Shown one piece after another: positions 38,048 through 50,405 of a DNA stretch of 64,000 nt. The position numbers and the translations under genes are program-made. Origin of the DNA: Balanoglossus misakiensis (taxonomy: Eukaryota; Animalia; Hemichordata). How positions within the stretch are numbered: position 1 is the stretch's first letter; the number at the start of each line of letters is the position of its first letter. A model generated the notes under the pieces. It worked only from the letters and a program-made list of their open reading frames with translations, was not told the origin of the DNA and did not search any database. The DNA lies in assembly GCA_040954595.2 (NCBI GenBank), contig CM082582.2, positions 13,698,054-13,762,053 of the forward strand, read 5' to 3'.

Positions 38048-41000
38048 AAGTTGCAACATTTCAGATGATGTCAGAGAGCACCTATGCAATGCCAACAAAC
38101 ATCCGTGCTATTCAGTCTGCCACTTCTTAGTTAAGAGATTTGATACATTGTCCCGTACAATTAGTTTGCAGTAGACTGGGCTCCAAGTCACGTAGAGTCT
38201 CTCAAATATGGAGTGCATGCGCCCTGTTATTTTGACTATTCATAAGCTGAAGGTGCGCATGCCTGACACACTACATTTTTGGGGTGCAAATTAAGTAATC
38301 TCGGCGACTGCTATCTACAAAGACATACGTCATGTCTGGAACTGTGAAAAGCCTGAGTGTGCATGTGTACACCATCCTGAATGTGAGTACCTGTTGGAAA
38401 CTATAAACATCTGCAAGTCATCACTTTATTCTCACTGTTACATGTTATTCCACTCTTTACCAAAAGCGGAGGCCTTTCTGGTGGAAACTCTAGTGCTGAA
38501 GATGGAGGTGTGTAACTCTGATTGATGAAACTGACTGCAAAATTTGTCATCACTTTTCGGCAACAGCAACAAGTGAACAATGGAGTTGTTCAACGCAATT
38601 GGTTGCAAATATCTCGAGTCTTGAGTATTTGCTATCAAAAGTGTGTACAAAAGAGCATCTGAACAATGTGTGCAGTTTGCTTTTTAGTTATTTTCCATCA
38701 ACAACCTTTTGAAGGTTATAGATAAATGGAACTATATTTTGTGTCCTTTGCCGTACATCCTTTTGTTTCACATCACTTTGTGATCCTGCTTGTGGAACCA
38801 CTGCCTTCCTCGATCGTGATATCTTTCTTGCAGGTTTTTAAAAATAGCACTTTCTCTTTTGAAAGGATCCAGGATGAATTTTACCAAATTAATTTTCAAA
38901 GATCAAATGAATCAAGTGATATCTGCAGTGGTAGCAAAGTGCTAGGAACTCCTGGTATTGCCACGCTTTGTCTTTCACCAACGGTAGAAGTGCTCTTCAA
39001 ATCTGTCCCGTCCGATTTCCAAACGTGACCTTTTCCTACCAGGGTGGTTGTGGCTTATTGTGCCCTGTTTATCTCAGATACCTGTGAAATAGTTTCAGCG
39101 GATTTGTCCGTCATGCTAAATGTTTGCAGAAATTTGAGTGTGAAAACGGCTGAACGGGTTGTACTGGTTCCTTGAGTGCTTTTTGGTTGTCGATCATCTT
39201 AGTTGTGAGGCTGGACGTACCGGGTACATGCTGATTCTGAGAGAGGGATGAAATGCTGTGGAAATTGCAGACTTAAATTGTCATTAATTATTTTTATATT
39301 TCCAAAGAGAAACAAGGACATGCAGAACATTCTTGTAGAAAATGATCCAGTGTTTCAACATTCAACATTGAGTTATGATCTCAAAACTACTAGGGCTTTA
39401 TGGTAATGGGAAATAAACTAATAAATTGGATAATTTCTTCTGAAGTTTTCGCAGTAAAACGTGTACCGGTAGATATACATGTCTGGTTGAGTTCATTATG
39501 ACCTTCACATTTCCATTTGGTGTTTAGTTCATTGAACCTTTCACCGGACAATCACCCAAGAAATAGTCTGAAATAGAGACTGCCGATTGTCTGACATCAG
39601 TGTTGCATTGCAGTGTGGGATATGTGAAGGTATAAACTTGCTTCGCCAGTAAGAAATTGGATTAAGCAATTATTTAGTCTGCTCTGTCATGGTGACATAC
39701 CAGCACAGTGAAACAGAAAGGAAAGGAGCTGTAAGAATCTGAAACATCCTCCACTACCAACAGTCGAGTGGCAATGTAAGAAAGAACTCAAAAGTTTCAA
39801 CACCTCCATGAACTCATGAGTTGCTGTCATTATGCTGTGATGCTTAGAAAGTTCAAATTGATAACAGAAAATTGGTGTTATGTCATTGAATAACTTCATA
39901 GGGCCTGGGGGGGGGGGGGTTCCTGATGTCATGGTATTTTGATTATTACGCACTGCAGTTGAACTTCTACTGAAAGTCCAAGGATTGTCACTTGGTATAC
40001 AAATAAGAGACAAAATATACCGTACTCTTGTGCTCCAAATATCAGGACAGGGAAGTTCTTTATAAATTACAGAGTAATATCCCGCTGCATGCATTTGAGT
40101 GGAACTTTTTTGAATTTTTGTGTCACTCTATGAACGTGCATGGAAGCTTTATTGCAGAAAAAAATGACTTGTCAAGAGTTTGGAGCTACAGATGAAGATA
40201 CAGTCAAGGAGATGTTGAGAAGTTTGTATCCCATGGAGATAGGAAGTTTGGAGACGCAGGTCTTATCACACAGCCCAACAATCCCTCATCTTTGCCTTGC
40301 GAGTCAGACAGAAATTTAACCCTAAAGGCCTTTGAGCTGGCTTTACGTCATTTCAACCAAGCATCACCATGTAGAAAGGATGGAGTAACACTTTCAATGC
40401 TTGCCAGACCTCACTGTGCATATCTGTATAAAAGTATCATGAGTTCTAATGTCTGAGTGTGTATATTTTTAAAATCTGTGACTTCATGGTGTTACTTTTG
40501 GTCTCAATGTATGCGAAATAGAACTTTGTTGGGATTCCATGGTATTTTCAAGTGGATTTCTGCTGCTATGAGCCATGCAAGCCATGAAATTCTCCTGGAA
40601 ATTTCTAGAAAGTTGATTTACTCATTAATGATTGTTGAAAAATAAATTGATGTACAGTACTTGGAGAGAGCATTTTTGATACCTAAAACACCTGAAATTT
40701 CAAATGACTTTCAAATGAGTGTATCAACCATACTAAATTAAGGTTTACCAAGTACCTTCTGACTATTAGTTTGTACAGCAAAATATAGCCTATTAACGTC
40801 TCTACCTAGAAAACACTGAAAGATTTGCCTTAAAACTTATTTTCATCATCATTTGCCAAACATTTACATGTGTAAAAGGCTCATTCTAACACCTTGTAAT
40901 TGTTCTATTATTGGATAGTTAAAATGTGAGGCAGGCTTTGGCCATCTTCCTACGCACGGTAGGTTGGTCAGTTCACCCACCTTGCCCTAAGCAATTCCAA

Positions 41001-43272
41001 ATTGACTGCTAAGTCATGAAATTTTCTGAAAAAGTCCTGATATATATATTTTTTGATGTGTTCTGCCTGAAGAATCTGCAACTTAAGTTGCACCATCCAC
41101 CTTTACACGAACAAATCATTTGTGTGAACCTTGTGGGTAGTAAGACTTCAATTCTCTCTCCAGACAGACTGGAGTCAGAATATGAGAATCCTCCTCGGGA
41201 CTGGAAGGGGAATGGTTAAAATAGGTACACATGTTCAGGAAATAGAGTTTTGTGTTGCTAATAGATTGAACAGAAGACGTTTTCAACTGCTTGGAAATGG
41301 GGGTGGCTGGTGGAGTGAAATTGTCTTCTTCCTGCTTAAATTAAGGTGAACTAGTTTTGTTGAGTTCATATTTTTCCAACTGCTTCCAGTAAACTCATGG
41401 CACATGTATTTTTACTACTCTCTCCAGACAAAAAAAAGTTGAAAGCTGTGGTGTGGATGGTGTCTTGGGTTTTGCTAGCATGATAAAGCAAACATTTGAA
41501 GCTGGCTATTTGATATACCAGGTGGAACTAAAATTAGAACAGACTAAACCTATTCAATCCAGCAGCATGGGTCAGTTTGTTAAGAACAGACAGAAAACAG
41601 TTGGCAGTCATCACACTGCTAAGCAATATATTTTCAAAAATAATAACCCTTTTACTGTGAACTTTTGCGTGTGGTGGCTGATATGTTTTTCATCCAGGAG
41701 ACCCCATTATCGCCATCTCAGCAGCAAAGAAGACTGATCCATGAATCACTGACGTATGCTGTGTTTTTCTTTGATATCAAAGTGTGTGAAGGAGATAATT
41801 AGTTCCTTATTTTTTAATATGATGTGTTTTCATCTATTTTCGTTTGAATATCACATGTGATCATATTTCATTGTGTGTTTTTGTCATTAACAACTTAGAG
41901 AGGGGGAGATTTGTTCAGTACAGACATGTTTCGTGATTAAACAGTGCATTGTCCCTTTAATATGTCTAAGAGTTGTTGTCCCTTTAATGTTCCAAGAGTT
42001 CTTACATAGAAATGACACTTTCAACATCATGGCATGTTAATACCTAGAAGATATTCATAATTATTGAAAAGAGTGTCATATTGACAAAGTTGTACAGAGG
42101 AATGGCATGCAGTAAGTTTTACCCAAATACTATAAAATGCTATATATTTTGCTTTTGTCCATCTTCTGAGGAATGTTAATGTGTTATACAACGGCGGCAT
42201 TAAACTAAACAGCCCAGAAAGTGTTTTGTCTGGCAGAAAGCAAAATTAGCCAGAATTGTACAAAATAATGGAATCACTCAATCATTTTGTGTTCGTGGGG
42301 GTGTAGACATGTGGCAAGGGTTAGAGGAAATGTGTGAGGAAATCTCCGTGTACGATCATCATCAGCAAAGACAATGATTTTCAGATGGTATTAGATCACG
42401 TTTGTGATACTAAGACTTTTGACTTGTTGTCTGCTTTTGCAACTGGCGGGATGTCTCTGTCTGCAAGTATTTGCTTTGTAGGGAATATCATTATGGCTAT
42501 ACATTGTCAGCAATTGGTATTAATTAGAATTTTTGTGTGTGCGCATGATGTAAAAAAACACCACCCAGCATCACTGGCTATCCAAATTATCCACACAAAA
42601 GTGTTCTACTGCCATGGTAACAGTGTGACCTGTGACCCCAGACATAAACCCAACAGAGAACAACAGCATGTCAGCAGACATAACCAATGAATGCCCTCTA
42701 ATGTGGATTTTGAGATTTGAGAGTCTCATTTGCAGCATTACAGCAGACTAGTAATATACCCTTTCATGTGGATTTTGAGCCTTGAAACTTTCACTTTGTT
42801 TGATGCAAGTCCTTCTCTGTAGTGTATCAGTTTTCTTCATTCACTGAATGAAATTTTGTCTCTTACAAATCTCCATATATATACCCAATAAAATTAACTT
42901 TAACTTTCTACAGGTAATTGGAAAGAATTTCAAAATACTACATACGTTCCTGGCTACAAAGTCCATTCACAGACATGTAAACAGCACGTTCATAACTGCT
43001 GACAGATACTCCTCAGAATTTCTGCAGATAATTTGCCCAGTGAAGTCCATGCATTGCCAAGAGTTTGAATTAAAATGCCTTCACAACGCCACTATATACA
43101 TTATGTAGACAGGCCAACAGAGGTTAAACAGGAAACCCCACAACTTGGCAAAGGGCAGGGCATCATGATGGGAGCAGTGAATCCCACATCAATTTCTGAC
43201 TGAGCTTCCTTTAGCAATTTCCCCACGATCTATTCACTCAGCATTTTCTCATCTGAATTTTTCTTCTTACAG

Positions 43273-43638
43273 AATGCTGTCAAAGGCATATTGAAGCTCG
43301 CGGTATCATTCGAGAAGATTTCTGCCAGAACAATGCAAATGTTTACAAGTGTTGCAAGTACCATCTGAAGGCACCCAAGGGATACATTGCAGTTCTGAAC
43401 GTCACAGAATTGAGAGGATTTTCCCAAATCCATAGCAGACGCTGCATTCCAAAACTAAGTATTCGTAATATTGCAGACACCACACCAAGTAGTGAACTCC
43501 ATACAATATGCAATGGCGGCAGTGTCCAGTTACCTCTAGTCTTAACCTCTAGCAAGTCAGAAATGAAGATAGTGTTCCGATGGCAACAGCCATATCAAAC
43601 CAGTTTCACAGCGGTATTTACATTTCACAAGCATCAAG
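43273..43638 (+). CDS. PMEPA1/LDLRAD4-family gene, exon 2: divergent CUB-like domain
   Basis: Strong acceptor TTTTTCTTCTTACAG and donor AAG|GTGAGT; 366 nt open, phase 1-1. Translation ECCQRHIEARGIIRE...CKYHLKAPKGYIAVLNVTEL...C...ICNG...LTSSKSEMKIVFRW...SFTAVF has the CUB pattern C.Y.I.AP.G..I.L.F...C...CG...S....M.I.F...F.A.Y. Confidence 0.82.
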
Positions 43639-45641
43639 GTGAGTAATGACACTTGTGTTTTAATATGGAACATCAGATATACACAAATGTAAGTATATTA
43701 GCTGTCATAAAGAAATGTGATGTTGCTCTGTAACAGAGAAGCAATTTACAGCAGGTCCAACAATCACAAAATGTGTGTTTTCACCACTAAAACATCAGGA
43801 ATATGTCTTCTCCATGTAATCTCTAACATAAAGCAGAACCTTTTACCACTGTCATACGCTGGAATGCCAGAATGTTACATTTGTAAACAAGACAATGCAG
43901 TGTCGTCTTGTACTAACATCTGTTACTATATACATGTTTTGACTGCACATAAAAAGATCCACGTCCTGTTGTTTTTATGGCAAGTTACAACTAACATTCC
44001 AGCTTTCCTAGGATTATTCACTTATCATAAATTTATCAACTTCTGCTTTTAGAGTAATCAAACTTTAACATCTTCAATTGAATCTCAGAAATGCTCAATA
44101 ATGATAAAAAACACAAATCAACAAATATATTAGTCAAAAGTTAGTGTTCGGCTATGAGTTCGCATGTAACAGTTCAAGCAAATTTTCAAACATAAGAATA
44201 GTGATCACCTGTTTGGTCCTGTCTTGATGTGTGACATCGATTTTCCAGTAAAAATGAAATATGCTTGATTTCTCCTGTGAGTGTGGATGGCAGTATTAAA
44301 ACAAAACGCAGTCAGGGCAGATGGTGCAGAGGTTCATCATCTGGGCAGTATTCTTCGAAATGGTGTTGCCAGCAGTTCCTGGCAGTGAGTCATTGCATAT
44401 AATGTCAAGTCTTAGTCACTCAGACCTACTTGTTTAAAATTCAGAAAAAAAGAACAGAAAAGAGAAAAGTCTAGTTCATTTTTGTCAATCATTGATGTCA
44501 TGATGTTGATCAACACTGCATATTGAATGTACAAGTTGGTATTGACATGTGTTCAATTGTGTCAAATTTTACCTACTTTTCTTGACCATTCTGTGTACCG
44601 GTACATCATAATGTGTAAGCAATCCACAAATGATGATTAAAAAATGCATTCCTTGGTAATTATACATTCGCCCTCATCATGGGACGATCTGTCACATGCC
44701 TGCTTTATCAAAACTGTTTTGAGCTCATTTCTGTGTTTGCTTTGGTCAAAGATAAGTGAGTCATGGCCATTGATGTCAGATGATGGATGTTCTATGGTAG
44801 TCACAGGTCAAACAACACGACACTTTGGAGACTAACCTATGTTGCAGAGAGTATTAGAATAATCTGGGAAAGATCACCCTTTGGAGAACTGTCTCGAATT
44901 GTGATACCTGTGGATAATCTGCAGGTCAGAAAACTTCAACCTCAAAATGGTCAAATACGAGGACCATATGTCTCTGTATATATGGTACTTCCCTTATAAT
45001 ACATTTTGGGATTTAACTCTCAGATGGGAAAAAATGACATGATCCAAAGTTCTTTATCTTGCATGATTCGTGGGTTAGGAGGTGTCTATCTCTATCAAGC
45101 CTACAGACAGGATCTAAATGTGAAAATCTCAAATCTGAAATGTTTCATTTTACACAGAGTGCTTTGGTGTGAAAACCACAATCAAGGTAAAATTTAAGTG
45201 CTGGCCATCTTGAGTTCTGCTGGAGTTGAGTCTAGAAGATGTGTTTTATCACTCTTGAATAATGCATTGTCTCTGGTGGCAGTCAGCATGTATCGTTGAA
45301 TCGACAGACAACCAATTCAGTTCTACGGAAAGCTGTAAATTTTTTATGTTTTTTTTTCTGATTTCCATTATACTGTAGACATCATAGTTTGTGAAAGTAC
45401 CATGACCCTCTAAGTCTCATAGTGCAAGAAACTCTAAGATGATTCTAGAGGACATTAAATTCTTATTTAACAAAAGAAAGCTAATTGTTTCTTTTCAGTC
45501 AGAACAGATGTACGTAGTCTGGGGGACTTGATTGCGTTCCATCTGTTTATCCATCCATCCTTCCATCAGGAGTCTTTATTCAGACATGCTTGAACTGGTT
45601 TCATTTAAACACTGCACAAGGGCAATGTACTATTGTGTACC

Positions 45642-45712
45642 CTACACTACACTACACTACACTACACTACACTACACTACACTACACTACACTACACTAC
45701 ACTACACTACAC
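45642..45712 (+). repeat. (CTACA)n pentanucleotide microsatellite, about 14 copies
   Basis: Directly visible; it generates the YTTLH repeats in spurious ORFs. Confidence 0.95.
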
Positions 45713-46769
45713 ACATTTAAGGTTGACAGAGTTATCCCGTGAATTGTTCATTTCAACTCTGCACATGCTCATTGATGTTCGCAGAGAAAGCCCTTCTATG
45801 ATTGGTAGATGTTTAATGGTCATTTGAGCATCATCAAGAGGGCATATGAACTGTCTGTGGAAACTTGAGTACATATGGAACAGGAGACTGATAAAAATAG
45901 GGTATCATATATCCACTTGAGATGGTAAACAGAGCATAGCTAACTCAGAGACACTTGAAACAGACAGGTCCAAACAAGACAATATATAATTCTGCAGACA
46001 GAGTGTCCCAATTTAAGGGACATTCATCATTTCAGGCCAACTATACCTTCAGTACTGAACATTAATTATGGTAGATTAACACAGAAAGGTACATGAGGGT
46101 GGGGCTTGAAATAATACCGGTCCAGTCTACCTTACGCAGACTGAGTCTTCAGTGGATCAGAAAAGCTTAGGCCAGGTGTTCAGTTGGTCAGGACTAGACT
46201 AGACTTACTGACTAGGTGTATTTTAAAATTCTCTCCACTGAGACATGTTTATTTGACTGGCAGACAGCATAAAGAAATAATGATGCATAGACTGGATATT
46301 TATCACAAATGCCATTCTCAATTGATTTCCTGACAAAAGTACTGATGTGTTTGTTGGTTTCTTTCTAATGGTATGATTGCAGTATATGCAGTAATGATTT
46401 TTAAAATGACCATAAGTTGTCAGAATCAGAGTTTCCTTCCTTTTTTGAACAGAAATTGTTAAGTGTCAGACTGAGAACGTTGATGGGTTGATGACTTATA
46501 ATGACGTGATTTTGATGGAAAATGTTCTTTTTAAGTCCCCATGGACAAAGTCCTACAGGGATCAAGATCCATCTCTCTGTGCATCAGTTTATATATCCAT
46601 GTCGGTATGTTTAATCAGACATTGCCTGAACTGATTATGTGCTTGACATTGCTTAAAGACAGTGCATTGTGATTCACATACACACATAATTTGTTTTGCA
46701 GTATGATCAATTATGGCTGGCTGTTTATCCAGTATGAATTCACAGATCTACTTTCTCATTTTCTTTCAG

Positions 46770-46982
46770 AAGTAGAATCCACAGAAGACTGTGTCTTTGA
46801 ATGTAGCAACAAAAAGTGTCTGAATAGTTCATCTCTTGTGTGCGATTCCAAAGACGACTGTGGGGACCATTCTGACGAGATTGAGTGCGGTCAGATGGAC
46901 TTCCGGGCAGCTAGTGGGACATTTCTTTCAACTCCGCAGAGTACAGTTCAACCCAGTGGTATTCCCGATTCTGGTACTCCAG
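46770..46982 (+). CDS. PMEPA1/LDLRAD4-family gene, exon 3: LDL-receptor class A module plus Ser/Thr/Pro stalk
   Basis: Acceptor TTTTCTTTCAG and donor CAG|GTATGT; 213 nt, phase 1-1. CVFECSNKKCLNSSSLVCDSKDDCGDHSDEIEC has six Cys and the DCGDxSDE motif. Confidence 0.92.
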
Positions 46983-48496
46983 GTATGTCTCTGTTATGGA
47001 ACACATCGCTATTCTCAATTCCAATGCGGCTATGTCAGTCCGAGATACAGACACACAGTCTGTCTCTCCTTATCAACCATGCATGCATGTATCACTGGCT
47101 CCAATGCAAACAGCTGTTAGGAAGATGCTCAGCCATATTTCATACAGACATATGTCATTTACATAGTAGTTACACATAGACAATCCAGTGTTCATATACG
47201 GTACATCTAGTACTGTTGTTTGTCTTGTGGAGATGTGACTGTTGTTGCATTTGTGTCTTTTATTGAGACAGACAGGAGATCTTGGTTTGTGATTATTTTT
47301 CTCAGCCAATATGTACAGATTTTGTGCTTCAATATGCCATGTGTTTATAGGGTACATCTGGTTGTCTGTCTGTCTGTCTGTGAGGCCAACATACAGAAAG
47401 GTCATCCTGAGGGCACTGATGTGATAAATGCTTGTCTGCAGGTTGTGGTCAGTATGCCAAAGGCGTTGTCACCTGTCCCTGTGACATGGCAGCGATGATG
47501 GAGGATTTGTCTACAGACTTGTAAAAATATCATTCTTTGCATGTGGTCTGTGTCCTCTTTGAGTTATTATCTAACCCAAGTCTCCTCAACACAGTGTCAC
47601 CTTTCACCTTACTGCTTCAATAATTTATGAGCACTTTCAAGCAAGTGAAACCTCAGATCGCAGAGGCTTTTCTCTACAGTTTCACTGGAGATGCGTGTGT
47701 AATGTAGTATCCTAAAGTTTCAATAATTCTAAATGACTCAAATCAAAATGATATTACCATTCATTGTGGACGGCACTGACAATTTTCAAATTTACTTTGA
47801 TAAGTTTAGAATCAGAGATTTTTCCACACTTACCAGACAGGATAACCTTGCCTGAAATTCCTTAAGTACAACGTAGACCATACTCTGAACATCATTTGTT
47901 GAAATGATGACGTAACACAATTCGCAAGAATATACAAGATCACATTGCAGTCACCTCTTAGGGTCATTTATCAAAGAATGATATGAGACTAACATAAATT
48001 AAATTCTTTTATTAATAAATCATTCACGGCTTGAATTAATGATATATTTGGTAACAGTAGCCAGTGTATTTGTTTCAGGTTGATACTAACTACGTCTAAT
48101 TTAACCAGTTGTACTTAGGTTTCCAGAATATCTAATAGATCGCTAAGAATGGGGTCATTAAAGGAACAAAGCAACTCATCAGAATTTTGTTTAGAGGGAT
48201 ACTGGTAGTAGCTGTAATGTTAAGCTAAACACTGGGCATTTCATCATGCTTTGGGAATTTAAACAGAAAGATGCAGTTGATAAACAGATGAAATATACTC
48301 CAAACAAATAGCCCAAACTCGCAGCTGACAGAGCTTTAACAATAAATGATGGCTACAAACACCAGTGATTAAATTCTTTATGTTCTCAGGATGGTGTCTC
48401 TTAAACCATTTTGTGGCACCACTCAAAATGGAGTATTTCACCTGTACCACCAAGATTTACATCGTTTCATTTGTTTTAATTGTGGGATTAACCATC

Positions 48497-48766
48497 TCAT
48501 TTCTGAAAAACCAAGCAACTCTTGAATTTCTGAGGTAATCAGAACTTTTTCATCCATGCCTTCATAACTTTCACTTGTAGAACAAAAGTAAATCTCTGGT
48601 GTTAATACATCACAAAGTTGTAACATTTCATTTGTTTTTATTCATGATTATCATTTCTGAAAAACCAAGCAAGTCTTCAATTTCTGTTGAGGTTGACCCA
48701 AACTCTTTGATCTCTGCTGTATAACTTTCACTTGTAAAACTAATTTGAAAGTAAAACCCAGGTGTT
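48497..48766 (+). repeat. Diverged tandem duplication, period about 154 bp
   Basis: tcatttctgaaaaaccaagcaa.tctt.aatttctg...ataactttcacttgta.aac...aaagtaaa...ggtgtt occurs at 48497 and 48651. Confidence 0.85.
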
Positions 48767-49778
48767 GCTCAAGTCTTGTTTCCTTTGATAAGTCATTAAA
48801 TCCTACGAGTCTGGGAACAACAAAGGTACTACAAAAGAGTTACTGTTTCTGAAGTGTTTACACCAAGACTCACCTCAGACACTGTCCAAATCAAACAGGT
48901 GTGCTAGAAAATGTCTAGACGCTGTTAATCCACAGCCCCTTAAGAAAAATAAAGACCCAACAAATCAAAAGTGATCATAACAACTTTTGTTACTGTGACA
49001 GTAACTGAAGTGCATCTCGGCTTTGTTGGCAAGGATTCTATTTTCAGTTTTCCACCAAACATTATAATAATTAAGTCTTTAATTAACTCTTCAAGTGTCA
49101 TTTTTGACTAGTGGAACATATATTCTGTTTTGCATTTGAGCCATGCTCAGTTTCTTATGATACACACACTTCAGTAGGCAAGCCCGAAGTTTGTCCAAAA
49201 CAAGACAACTGCTAATATATAAACAAAATATAACCCCCAGTTTTGGAAAGATTTAATAAAGTCTGAGATGAAGCAATGGATTGTATCACAAGCCGTGTTA
49301 GTTTTGGTCTTGTTTCCGCAGAAACTCTGATAGTCAAAGATCCAGTTCACACTTCGTTGAGGGCGCAATGCAAAGATGTCATAACCAACAAACTGTGAAA
49401 GATGCTGAGAATCCAGGGTCACATGACATACTTGTTCACTGCACCCCCTCCCGGCCCACATTGATGTGCCATCCTTTGTTTTGAAAAATTTCAGTTTTGA
49501 AATGTGGTCATGGTCTGATAAAAAATATCTCAACCAAATGTTTTCAGACTTTTGAAACGGGTTTAAAATATTCTGATGTCGGGTACCAAAGGAATGATAA
49601 TTAAATTTGAGTAATGATTTTTTGGCTGGGCCTGAAGCATACAACCCCTGCATCTCATAATTTGTGCAGTTTTCAATTTGATGCTCTGTACATCTGAAAA
49701 CTAAACCCCACTGTTGCATAAAAACTCCATGGAGTTGATATCCTGACATACCGGTATATTCTTTCTTTATTCCAACAG

Positions 49779-49963
49779 TGCCTCACAGCAGTGGACCAGT
49801 AGAGCGTATGGGACTCTTCATATTACTCATTCTAGCACCCATAACGATAGCCTGTGTGTGTTGTATAGTGATTCATTATAGAAAAGTTATGTGGAGAAAC
49901 CGACATCTGGAGCAAAACCAGCACCAACCAGTACCAAGAAGTGATTCTTCAGATAGTTCGCAG
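49779..49963 (+). CDS. PMEPA1/LDLRAD4-family gene, exon 4: transmembrane helix (GLFILLILAPITIACVCCIVI-HYRK)
   Basis: Acceptor TTTCTTTATTCCAACAG and donor CAG|GTGAGA, phase 1-0. CIVIHYR resembles the recalled PMEPA1 TM end CLLSHYK. Confidence 0.9.
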
Positions 49964-50405
49964 GTGAGAGACGTAAGTACAAACCACCCATTTTACTTTT
50001 TTTATTTTTTCTTAGGAATTTGTTTTTCTCAAGAGAGAAACTCGTTTATTGCTAGAATGTTGCAGAATGAGAGAACATTGTACTGGTTACCAAAAACCCA
50101 TGAGAAAGTTGCTGGAATGCCCAATAATTGTCAGTTGAATCCCAGATACTGTCATTGCTAAAAGCTTCATCTTGTTGCAGGCAATGTTGCAGTGGTCTCT
50201 TGCTAGGAAGATTTATTATTCAATTAGGGTGTGTGACAGAGACAATCACTACACAATCACTCCTTGGACATAGCCATTTTGACCCCAAATTCTCACTGAA
50301 AGTCCCCAGGAAAATCTGATAGTGTCTTGGGTTTTTGATTGAATTTTTTTACAATGCAAGAGCATCATTCATGGTCATCTTTAATTCTTAACCTTTTTCT
50401 AACAG

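Noticed and set aside
8050-47740. Numerous isolated AP-1 (TGA[C/G]TCA) heptamers and scattered X-box-like sites (for example 15780, 23302, 30066)
   Set aside because: Short motifs expected several times by chance in this length of sequence. Only clustered instances were reported.
49171-49749. 192-aa minus-strand ORF
   Set aside because: Lies antisense within intron 3, has low-information composition and no recognisable domain; probably chance.
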